Positions 1-8,096 of a stretch of DNA of 29,157 nt are shown here, piece after piece. The stretch is taken from positions 31,290 to 60,446 of the forward strand of contig JALTLO010000079.1 of assembly GCA_027001995.1 (NCBI GenBank), in the 5' to 3' direction. The notes beneath the pieces were generated by a model. That model saw nothing but the letters and a program-made list of their open reading frames with translations, was not told the DNA's origin and did no database searches. Positions within the stretch are counted from its first letter, which is position 1. Each line of letters starts with the position of its first letter. The stretch is from Planctomycetota bacterium (lineage in GTDB: Bacteria > Planctomycetota > GCA-002687715 > DRQF01). Both the position numbers and the translations under genes were made by a program.

Positions 1-148
1 CGACGACCTGGTCTTCTTCTTGCTTCTCCGGCTCTTCCAAGTTCGTCGCGTCTTGAAGTGGAGAGCTTGAAGAAGTCTCCACCTCCTTGTCCACACAACC
101 CAAGAAGAAGGCAAGAAGGACAGCCAGGAAAGTTCGATAGCTCTTCAT
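1..148 (-). CDS. Putative lipoprotein, N-terminal part only (runs off window); third gene of the ABC operon
   Basis: Not in the ORF track; manual translation from ATG at 148: MKSYRTFLAVLLAFFLG|CVDKEVETSSSSPLQDATNLEEPEKQEEDQVV..., open to the edge. Lipobox FLGC; begins 8 nt after the permease stop. Confidence 0.8.
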   Translation of the reverse strand, partial: MKSYRTFLAVLLAFFLGCVDKEVETSSSSPLQDATNLEEPEKQEEDQVV

Positions 149-156
149 AATTGATC

Positions 157-1455
157 TCAAGAAAGCGGAGTCAGATTCTCTGCCACATCTGTGCGATAGG
201 CCTTCCACGCTGGCAAGAGACCAGCCAAAGAGGCAGCCAGAGAGACAGTAATGATGGCTATGAGCTCCTCGGGCAGAACACGCATGGCGTCCAGATGAAT
301 GCCGGACAATTCAACGACATGTTCTTGGGCAAAGGCCAGCAAGACATGCCCAAATAGCAAGCCAACGAGAGAACCGCACAAGCCTAGGGCAAAAGCTTCA
401 CCCACCACAACGCCCATCACGGTACTACGTCTCGCCCCCAACGACCTCATGATCGCGATCTCGCGCCGACGATCGTTCATGGTGTTGTAGATCGCTACAG
501 TGATGCCAATGACCCCCGTGAGGACAACGAGCCAAGCCATTACTAGGAAAAACTCACGGACGCCGCCAACAATTTTGAGCAATTTCGCGATCTGAGTGGC
601 CACCTCGGCGACTTGCAAATCGCTACGATTCCGCAAAGTTGACATAAGCCGAATCTTGGCAAAACCGCCTCGAGGAAAAACCAAAATCGACGACAACCCT
701 GGTTCTCCCGTTCCGGGAATGAGCCCCCCGGCGTGATCAGGAATGCGAAAAAAGGAATCGAGGTTAATAAAAACCACCCGGTCTATCGGGGTCCCTGTTC
801 GCTTAAAGATGCCAACAACTTCCCAAGTGTCGTCATGGCTGTGTTTCTTGGCGCCTTCCACATTGTGACTGGGCTCAATCTTGGTGCCGATTTTCAGCCC
901 AAGCTTCTTTGCGACCTCCCAACCGAGAACAGCCTCATTTGCGTGGTGATGACCTTTCCCATGAGCTTCCTCGGCTTTTCGGTTCCGCAAGTTATCGAGA
1001 GCTTCTTCCAAATCCTCGCCTGGACAGGAAAACGGTCGTCCCGCCAACATCTTCTCTGGGCCATCTCCTGGGGGAACAGGAAAGTACTGAGAGAATAAGT
1101 CTTCCGTGCTTGCTACAACCCGATAGCCCTTAAAGGAATCTCCCAGGGCATAAGGAACCGCCGCCCGCACATAGCGTTTCTGAGCTTGGAGCTGTCCTAA
1201 GACCGAGTAAGGCAAAAGGCCTGGGCTCTGCTCAACGTGGTAAATGGAGTTCAACACCAGTTCGAGCCCTGATCCTGTTGGTCCAACCACCAATTCGAAG
1301 CCTTCTGCTTGCCGCAGATACTTTTCGTCAACTTCCTTCCTTGCCACCAAAATAGCACAGACCATCATCGTTCCGAGGGCCACGCTCAGGATCGTCAGGA
1401 GCGAAGATAACCTCCGCTGGGCAAGATTGCGCTCAATCAGTCGAAGCAGCGTCAT
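157..1455 (-). CDS. ABC transporter permease, MacB/FtsX (LolE-like) family, with His-rich periplasmic segments
   Basis: N-terminal TM (SLLTILSVALG), large periplasmic domain, FtsX signature RRREIAIMRSLGA, three C-terminal TMs ending LLPAWKAYR; His clusters HGKGHHH and HSHDD. Confidence 0.93.
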   Translation of the reverse strand: MTLLRLIERNLAQRRLSSLLTILSVALGTMMVCAILVARKEVDEKYLRQAEGFELVVGPTGSGLELVLNSIYHVEQSPGLLPYSVLGQLQAQKRYVRAAVPYALGDSFKGYRVVASTEDLFSQYFPVPPGDGPEKMLAGRPFSCPGEDLEEALDNLRNRKAEEAHGKGHHHANEAVLGWEVAKKLGLKIGTKIEPSHNVEGAKKHSHDDTWEVVGIFKRTGTPIDRVVFINLDSFFRIPDHAGGLIPGTGEPGLSSILVFPRGGFAKIRLMSTLRNRSDLQVAEVATQIAKLLKIVGGVREFFLVMAWLVVLTGVIGITVAIYNTMNDRRREIAIMRSLGARRSTVMGVVVGEAFALGLCGSLVGLLFGHVLLAFAQEHVVELSGIHLDAMRVLPEELIAIITVSLAASLAGLLPAWKAYRTDVAENLTPLS

Positions 1456-2116
1456 GGCTTATCTCCGCGAGAATGCGCACATCATCAAAACGATTCTGCA
1501 CCTCTAAATCGTGGGTGACCAAAAGCAAGATACTATTGGCCTCAACGGTCGTTTCCTTCAGCAGTTCCAAGACCTCAGTACCGTTTTCTTGGTCAAGATT
1601 CGCAGTGGGTTCATCTGCCAAAACGATCTGTGGTTTATTGATGAGGGCCCGAGCAATCGCCACTCTTTGTTGCTCCCCCACGCTCATCTTCGCTGGCTTG
1701 GTGTCGTTCTGATGGCTCAGCCCCACTCGGGATAAGAGTTCCGTCCCCTGAGTCCGGGCTTCCTTGAGGCCCATTCCGGCAAAACTTGCGGCGATCATGA
1801 CGTTCTCCATGGCCGTCAAGCTTTGCAGCAAATTGAAAGTCTGAAAGACATAACCGATGTTCTGGGCCCGAAAGAAATCTCGTTGAGATTCCCCCAACGC
1901 AAAAAGGTCTTGTCCTCCTATGATGACACTTCCGGCAGTGGGACGGACGATTCCAGCGATGATATTCAAGAGGGTTGTCTTGCCAGATCCAGAATGACCA
2001 ACAAGGCAGATGCGATCGCCTTGCTGAGCTAGGAAACGCGGGAGATCAATGACTGTACGACGAACGCCACTGGGATGTTCCCACTCTTTCCGCAAGTTGC
2101 TCAGTTCAATAGACAT
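1433..2116 (-). CDS. ABC transporter ATP-binding protein (LolD/MacB-like)
   Basis: Walker A GHSGSGKT, Q-loop FQTFNL, signature MSVGEQQRVAIARAL, Walker B VLADEPTANLD, H-loop VTHD. Confidence 0.96.
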   Translation of the reverse strand: MSIELSNLRKEWEHPSGVRRTVIDLPRFLAQQGDRICLVGHSGSGKTTLLNIIAGIVRPTAGSVIIGGQDLFALGESQRDFFRAQNIGYVFQTFNLLQSLTAMENVMIAASFAGMGLKEARTQGTELLSRVGLSHQNDTKPAKMSVGEQQRVAIARALINKPQIVLADEPTANLDQENGTEVLELLKETTVEANSILLLVTHDLEVQNRFDDVRILAEISHDAASTD

Positions 2117-2369
2117 GTTGACCTAACAATCATTTATCGCCAGATGGCAGGAAAATCCCTGGGGCTCCAAACCCCTTCATAGCCACCACTTCGAGGATAG
2201 AAGCTGGCACCGGGAGTTTAGCGATGTTGCTTTGTTTTGCAATCTCAGGCAACATTCTTCAAACGAGAGTTTCAAAGGGCAAGATAGACAGATTCTTAGG
2301 GATTCAGTTTGTCCCCAAAACCGCCAAGATTTCTAATCCCCTGAAAACGAGAAAAGGAGAAACGCCACT

Positions 2370-2828
2370 GTGGAAGATCTGAGAGAAAAAATCGAAGAAC
2401 TTCCGAAGGGCGTTGCCATCGCCTTTGGCCTCCGTTGCGCCCGTTTGGCCTTCTCGTTCTACACCGGAGAAAGCCCTGAAACTCTAGAAGAAATCATAGC
2501 CACCTTAGAATCAGGCACAGAGGCAGAGAATTTGCCAAGCACCACCAAGATCAACGGATTGCTGAAGAAAGCCAAAGCGAACTATACTCTAACAAAAGCA
2601 GAAGAGGACGCCGCCAATGCTTACGTCGCCTTTTCGGTCTACTCAGCGCTTCGCAGTGTCCTTGGTCATAATCCCCATATCAGCATTTTTCGTGGAATGA
2701 CATCTGCGCGAAAAGCTCTGAGGCACCTGGATTCCGTCTCCGAGGAGGACATCCTTGAAGACTTAGAACAATGTAGTCAAAGGTCGAGCAAGGAGAATGG
2801 TTATCCCCACAAAGGAAAGAAGAGCTGA
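2370..2828 (+). CDS. Hypothetical alpha-helical protein (weak resemblance to Imm5/DUF416-like helical proteins)
   Basis: AAGGAG Shine-Dalgarno upstream of GTG; protein-like composition; AIAFGLRCARLA and Ala-rich helices. The family resemblance is from memory only. Confidence 0.65.
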   Translation: MEDLREKIEELPKGVAIAFGLRCARLAFSFYTGESPETLEEIIATLESGTEAENLPSTTKINGLLKKAKANYTLTKAEEDAANAYVAFSVYSALRSVLGHNPHISIFRGMTSARKALRHLDSVSEEDILEDLEQCSQRSSKENGYPHKGKKS

Positions 2829-3207
2829 GGAATACGACCCCGGCGAGAGAATTCTCTTGTGGAGAATCGAACCACCTACCCTCTCCACATCGCGAGCACT
2901 CAGGGGTTGTCTTTTCTGGGTGACCAACAACGGCATCTGATGCCCAATCCGAGATGGTTCATTTCTTTTCTCGCGGCTGAGTTCCCAGGCAAGTTCGGAG
3001 ATCTTCTTTGGTCCGATTTTTGCGCGGAAATAGTGCATTGGCTGAGTTTCTCGGCAACGCGCTCAACGGCCCAAGAGGCCACCGAGCTGAATGTTGACAG
3101 GATATCAACACAAACATCCAAGCCCTCCCTTCAAGAAACACCGCCGATGCCAGTGATGCCTTCAGCATTTACTCTCGGGTAAGCGCCAGAAGGCCTGGAG
3201 GAACATC

Positions 3208-5181
3208 ATGCGCTATTCAACAATCAAAATTCTCGCACTCACTCTTGGGGCACTACTACTTGCAGCCTTGATGCTGCGAGGTCAAACCACAAGGTCAGTG
3301 CCTTCTGTCTACCCGACCATTCAAGGGGCCATCGACGCTAGCTCCAACGGTGACACAGTCTTGATTTCGGTTGGTACGTATTTCGAAAACATAAACTTCC
3401 ATGGCAAAGCAATCGAAGTCCGAAGTGCCTGGGGAGCAGAATCGACCATCATCGATGGGCAGATGGCTGGACCCGTCGTCACTTTTGATAGCTTCGAGCA
3501 AAGTAACTCAATTCTGAACGACTTGACGATTCGCAATGGACGTGGCGGCGATGCATTCGGCCACGGGCATCAAGCAAAGGCAGGTGGCATTCACATCTTC
3601 TGCTCATCGCCTCAAATCCTTAATTGCATCATTGAGAACAATCACGGAGGGGGCGCCGGTTCAGGAGCCATGGCTGGAGCTGGAGGGATCGAATGCGAAG
3701 GGCCATGCCCACAAGATGGGGTATTCATCTATCGATGCAAGATTCGCAACAACTCCGGTGGCTCTGCGTTGTGGGACCAAAATCTCGGGCCCAATGGTCA
3801 TGGAGGAGCCGGAGGTGTGCACTTGATCGAATGTATCGGCAACATCCTTGCCTGTCGAATCGAAAACAACCACGGCGGTTCTGGAGCATTCTCTTCTGTG
3901 ACTGGAGGTGCTGGAGGAATCGAATTCACCCTGCCCCACGGCATCCCCACAGTGACAGACTGCGCCATAATCGGCAACGTCGGTGGTGATTCCTTGGATG
4001 GCAACCTCTTTGCAGGTGCTGGAGGGATTCATGGGGCCTCCCCCCTTATTCATCAATGCGAAATCCAGAACAACCGGGGTGGATTCGCTGGCGGCTACGC
4101 CGGGGGAACAAGCGGTGGTGCTGGAGGTATTTTTGGTGTTGCTCCTACGATCACCAGATGCATCATCTCAGACAATATTGCTGGCGACGCCAATACCGAG
4201 TCTATTCGAGGGGGGGCTGGCGGTGTCTTTGTACTTGGTGACGCTATCCTGAAAAGCTGTGCGATTAGCCGCAACGTCGGGGGCAGTGATGGAACGGCTC
4301 CAGGGTTTGGCAGTGCCGGTGGTCTCCATGCCCTGAATGGTCAAATCGAGATTCTCTATTCGACAATCGCAAACAATACCGGCGGTATCGGTGTTGACGG
4401 AAGTGGCAGTGGGGGTGTTCACATCGACTTGGGTTCCCTGTCTATGACCAACAGTATCGTTTGGAACAACATGGGTGGTGGTGTCGGGCTCATTCCAAGT
4501 GCTGATCAAGTGGGTGGCCCCGGCCTTATGACTGTGAAATTCAGCGATCTCACTGGGGGCTTCGTGGGCCTTGGCAATGTCAGCTCTGACCCCAAATTCC
4601 AAGACGCTCTTGCTTCGAACTATCATCTGAAGCCAGATTCCCCATGCATCGACAGTGGCATGTCTTTGGTGCCAAATTTCTACGAAGCTGACATCGACGG
4701 CGATCCCAGATTCTTTGGTCAGTTTGTCGACATGGGCGCCGATGAATTCAACCGCCATGCCTATCCAGGTTCGAATGAAGACCTGAAACTGGACATGGTT
4801 GTGAATGACTGGGGCGACCCACAAGCTTCGGTGAGATTTCTCGACGCTGGTGACTTGGCCACCTTCCAACTGAGGTCACCTTTGGGGACATTCCTGCCAA
4901 GCAGTTTAATGCTCTTAAGCCAAAGCTTCACAACTGGACTGCCACCTACAGCCGTCTTCGGCTACCCCGAGCTTCGCATCGAACCAGGCGCTTTCTTCTT
5001 GATGGCACCGGGTGCTTTCGAGGCCTGGACAACCCCTTTGCCAACCGGTTACATTTGGGGATTCGACGTGCCAATGACCTACCCCGGATTTAGCCTCATG
5101 GTTCAAGGGTTCGCCCTTTCCACCGTGGCCAACAACGGCTATTTCGCAGCGACTGAGGGAAGGGAATTACGCTTCAAGTGA
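3208..5181 (+). CDS. Secreted right-handed parallel beta-helix (pectin-lyase-fold/Pmp-like) repeat protein with choice-of-anchor-Q-like segment and extra C-terminal domain
   Basis: GGAGG RBS; signal peptide; VPSVYPTIQGAID N-cap; ~9 repeats C-x-I-x-x-N-x-GG...GAGG[IV]; DPKF...YHLKPDSPCIDSG...DIDGDPR...DMGADE motif; further ~140 aa tail. Confidence 0.88.
   Translation: MRYSTIKILALTLGALLLAALMLRGQTTRSVPSVYPTIQGAIDASSNGDTVLISVGTYFENINFHGKAIEVRSAWGAESTIIDGQMAGPVVTFDSFEQSNSILNDLTIRNGRGGDAFGHGHQAKAGGIHIFCSSPQILNCIIENNHGGGAGSGAMAGAGGIECEGPCPQDGVFIYRCKIRNNSGGSALWDQNLGPNGHGGAGGVHLIECIGNILACRIENNHGGSGAFSSVTGGAGGIEFTLPHGIPTVTDCAIIGNVGGDSLDGNLFAGAGGIHGASPLIHQCEIQNNRGGFAGGYAGGTSGGAGGIFGVAPTITRCIISDNIAGDANTESIRGGAGGVFVLGDAILKSCAISRNVGGSDGTAPGFGSAGGLHALNGQIEILYSTIANNTGGIGVDGSGSGGVHIDLGSLSMTNSIVWNNMGGGVGLIPSADQVGGPGLMTVKFSDLTGGFVGLGNVSSDPKFQDALASNYHLKPDSPCIDSGMSLVPNFYEADIDGDPRFFGQFVDMGADEFNRHAYPGSNEDLKLDMVVNDWGDPQASVRFLDAGDLATFQLRSPLGTFLPSSLMLLSQSFTTGLPPTAVFGYPELRIEPGAFFLMAPGAFEAWTTPLPTGYIWGFDVPMTYPGFSLMVQGFALSTVANNGYFAATEGRELRFK
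3520..4480 (+). repeat. Intragenic protein-level repeats (~9 beta-helix coils of ~31-40 aa)
   Basis: e.g. ILNCIIENNHGG..AGAGGIE, IYRCKIRNNSGG..GGAGGVH, ILACRIENNHGG..GGAGGIE, VTDCAIIGNVGG..AGAGGIH, IHQCEIQNNRGG..GGAGGIF. Boundaries approximate. Confidence 0.85.
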
Positions 5182-5617
5182 GTGAGCCCCAGTTTGGCTC
5201 TTGAGCTTCTGACTCGTCCCGTCTTCGCCATTGCGAGGGCGGGACTTTTTCCCACCTGAAGATGTCTCGACCAGAACAACCGTCCTGCGGGGGACTTCAG
5301 GTCTCATTTTCGCGGCCACTTCCAGCAATTTACAGACATCTTTTGAGAGACAAAAAGTCACCATAAACGCGGGAGCCCCCTTGGATTGGACAGGAAATAG
5401 CTCTCAGAGCCGGTTCAGACTAGGATCAGCCCCAGAGAAAAGTCCGCCCAGAATCCGTATTTTGTTTGGTCAAAATGCCGTTGGCTGGGAAGATGGGCGC
5501 ACTTCGTGAATCTGGTCAAGAGCGCATTTTCTCATGCCGCACTGGCTCAATGGATTCACAACGAAGAACATTTGTCGTCGTCTCAAAATTCGAATCGAAC
5601 CGCCAAGGGAATTCTCC

Positions 5618-8002
5618 ATGCGAATCGCAAGATCAATTATCTGCGTGTGTTTGTTGATTGTCACATCTATTTTAGCCCATGGTCAGACTTCTGCAGAAGT
5701 TGATCAGGGTTTCATGAATGGACAAGCTATCATCAAGTTTCAGGATTGGGTCCCACTTTCCCACCAACGACAGATTCTCAAAGAAAACGGCCTGGAAGTT
5801 CTCTACTTCTACCCTGTGATCAAAGGCTTCTTTGTCAGTTTCGACAAAGGCATCGCCGTGAACACCATGGTTGCCCGATTCCGCAGCATGAGAGATGTCA
5901 AATGGGCTCAAGCCAACAACCTTGGCCGACGCACTCAGACTTTCCCCAATGATCCGAACTTCGGTCAAAGTTATGCCCTCCACAATACGGGGCAGAACAT
6001 CGGCGGCAGTTCAGGGACCAACGACGCCGATATGGACGCTCCTGAAGCCTGGGACCTCATCACCGATGCATCCAACGTGATTATCGCAGTTGTGGATTCT
6101 GGTTGTCGCATTGGTCATCAAGATCTCAACGCCAACATCTGGGTGAATGCGGGGGAGATCGCAGGCAACGGTCTCGACGATGATGGGAATGGCAAAATAG
6201 ACGACATCAATGGTTGGGATTTCTTAGGCAACGACAACAACCCATCAGATCAGGACGGCCACGGCACAAATGTCGCTGGGTGCATCGGCATGGTGGGCAA
6301 CAATGGCGTGGGTAGCTCCGGGGTTTGCTGGCAGGCGCAAATGATGATTCTGAAAGATGGCGACACCGTTCCCCAAGTCGCCTTGTCAGCGGCGGCTATG
6401 GAGTACGCTGCCATGAATGGAGCGATCTCTTGTAACTTCTCCACCGGCTACGGCGGCGGAAGTTATCCCGTTCTGCAGGCTGCCATCAATGTAGCCCAAA
6501 CTGCTGGCATGATCATCTGTGTTGCCGCAGGCAACTCATCCACAAATCTCAATACCACCAGCGATTTTCCAGCCACCTACACCAATGACAACCTGGTTGT
6601 GGTGGCGGCAACAGACAATGACGACAATTTGACCAACTTCAGCAGCTTCGGCAACGTTCATGTGGATGTGGCGGCTGCCGGTCTCGATGTCTACACCACC
6701 TCACGTTTTAGCAACTCTTCATACGGTCTGGTTTCTGGCACCTCATTCTCTGCACCCCTAACCACTGGGGTGGTGGGTCTCATTCGTGCCTACAACCCTG
6801 GCGCTTCTTACCAGTCTGTACGCACCGCCCTCATCACCACCAGTGATCCCGTGGGCAGCTTGAGCGGCTTGGTTGCCGCCAATGGCCGCATCAACCTTTT
6901 CGCCGCCCTCAATCTCATCGGCCCTGGTGGTGGTACGGGTGCTCTGACTCCTGACCCAATGACCTTCTTGACACCACCTGCGGTACTCAACAGCACATCC
7001 ATCACCATGACAGCGACCCCAGCCACACCGGCACCGGTGGAATATAAATTCACACTCACCGCAAGCACGGGAACTGGGGGGAGCTCCAGTCCTTGGACGA
7101 CCTCCGCAACTTATGTGCAAACCGGCTTGCAGCCAGCATCTTCCTACACCTATACCGTCAAAGCTCGAAACGCAAACACCTTGGTAGAGACCCAGCCATC
7201 CGCTCCCTCCACTGTTAACACCAATGCAGTGGAGCCTGGCATTGTTTCCTTCAGCGTCATTAAGAATACATCTGCGACGATTTCCTCAGTCGACGGCAAT
7301 GGCAATCCTTCCACCACGGACATTGCCATTCGCTTAGGGTTCACCTACATCGGGCCTGGTGGCACCATCCAGTTCATTCCCTATTGGCAGCCCCTCAGTG
7401 CTTGGGATGGTTTCAAGATCAACGACTTAACCCCTCAGACCGCGTATTCAATTCGGGCCGTCTCCCGAAGTCAGTTAGGAGCGACTCCCTTGTTCGGTCC
7501 AGAGTTTGGATTCATGACTCCACTCCTGCCACCTTCCGCAGAAGGGGTGGTTGCAGACCAAGCTGGACCCGCTGAACAAATCATGACAATCAACGGATCA
7601 AATGGAGGTCCCGACCGCGTCATTGCTCTGTCTGTGGGCGATTCCTACAGCTTACAAGTAGCAAACCCCTCCACTATGAGTATTCCAGCCAACTTCGCCA
7701 TTGTGGCCTGGTTCGGCGTTCCTTCCGACGCTTGGGAGTTGACCATCCCAGCACCATACGGCAGGGGAACATTGTGCTTCACACCCTGTGACGTCGATCC
7801 TGGTTTGCCTACCTTCAACTTGGTCAGTACCTTCGGGTCCACATGTGGGGAATACACCTCGACGTTTGGTCAGTTAGCGACCTGGACCACCCCTTCCCAG
7901 AGTTTCCCTTTCCCACTTCCGGAGCTAACGCTTCAGGTTTTTGTCGAAGAATCGCCCGGTTCGTTCGCCGTTGGAAATGCCCTCGTCTTCCGATATTTCT
8001 GA
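5618..8002 (+). CDS. Secreted S8 (subtilisin-like) serine peptidase with propeptide, FN3-like domains and C-terminal domain
   Basis: Catalytic Asp (VAVVDSG), His (GHGTNVAG), oxyanion Asn (AAGNS), Ser (GTSFSAP); FN3-like TGLQPASSYTYTVKARN and NDLTPQTAYSIRA. Start moved from 5534 to ATG 5618 (AAGGGA upstream, signal peptide MRIARSIICVCLLIVTSILAHG|Q). Confidence 0.95.
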   Translation: MRIARSIICVCLLIVTSILAHGQTSAEVDQGFMNGQAIIKFQDWVPLSHQRQILKENGLEVLYFYPVIKGFFVSFDKGIAVNTMVARFRSMRDVKWAQANNLGRRTQTFPNDPNFGQSYALHNTGQNIGGSSGTNDADMDAPEAWDLITDASNVIIAVVDSGCRIGHQDLNANIWVNAGEIAGNGLDDDGNGKIDDINGWDFLGNDNNPSDQDGHGTNVAGCIGMVGNNGVGSSGVCWQAQMMILKDGDTVPQVALSAAAMEYAAMNGAISCNFSTGYGGGSYPVLQAAINVAQTAGMIICVAAGNSSTNLNTTSDFPATYTNDNLVVVAATDNDDNLTNFSSFGNVHVDVAAAGLDVYTTSRFSNSSYGLVSGTSFSAPLTTGVVGLIRAYNPGASYQSVRTALITTSDPVGSLSGLVAANGRINLFAALNLIGPGGGTGALTPDPMTFLTPPAVLNSTSITMTATPATPAPVEYKFTLTASTGTGGSSSPWTTSATYVQTGLQPASSYTYTVKARNANTLVETQPSAPSTVNTNAVEPGIVSFSVIKNTSATISSVDGNGNPSTTDIAIRLGFTYIGPGGTIQFIPYWQPLSAWDGFKINDLTPQTAYSIRAVSRSQLGATPLFGPEFGFMTPLLPPSAEGVVADQAGPAEQIMTINGSNGGPDRVIALSVGDSYSLQVANPSTMSIPANFAIVAWFGVPSDAWELTIPAPYGRGTLCFTPCDVDPGLPTFNLVSTFGSTCGEYTSTFGQLATWTTPSQSFPFPLPELTLQVFVEESPGSFAVGNALVFRYF

Positions 8003-8020
8003 TTCTCAGCCCTGTGCAAG

Positions 8021-8058
8021 AACCCCGTTGCAGCGCCGTTGCAACGGGGTTTTTTCTT
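8021..8058 (+). terminator. Rho-independent terminator after the S8 peptidase
   Basis: 12-bp perfect stem AACCCCGTTGCA / TGCAACGGGGTT, 7-nt loop, followed by TTTTCTT, 18 nt after the stop codon. Confidence 0.9.
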
Positions 8059-8061
8059 ACC

Positions 8062-8090
8062 TTGACGGTTAGCTCTGAGAGTGCTGCAAT
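8062..8090 (+). promoter_or_regulatory. Candidate sigma-70 promoter for the kinase gene (probably leaderless)
   Basis: TTGACG-17 nt-TGCAAT with TG extension; ATG at 8097 lies 6 nt downstream; no SD. Confidence 0.5.
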
Positions 8091-8096
8091 GCAGCC

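Noticed and set aside
2224..2255. Inverted repeat ATGTTGC...GCAACAT upstream of the ABC operon as a Zur/Fur box or riboswitch
   Set aside because: Only 7-bp arms with an 18-nt spacer and no clear match to a consensus I can vouch for.
2763..3182. Four overlapping short ORFs, or a frameshifted continuation of the 2370 gene
   Set aside because: No motifs or convincing RBS; a frameshift cannot be supported without homologues.
4168..4869. 233-aa antisense ORF (likewise 14048-14761, 27701-28306, 9048-9575 and other short overlapping ORFs)
   Set aside because: They lie opposite or within well-supported genes, have no recognisable motifs, and are expected by-products of codon bias.
5534..5617. Longer start for the S8 peptidase
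   Set aside because: Signal peptide and SD-like sequence fit ATG 5618.
5182..5617. Possible ncRNA or small gene in the 436-bp gap before the S8 peptidase
   Set aside because: No recognisable RNA family, strong structure or credible ORF by eye; an Infernal search would be needed.
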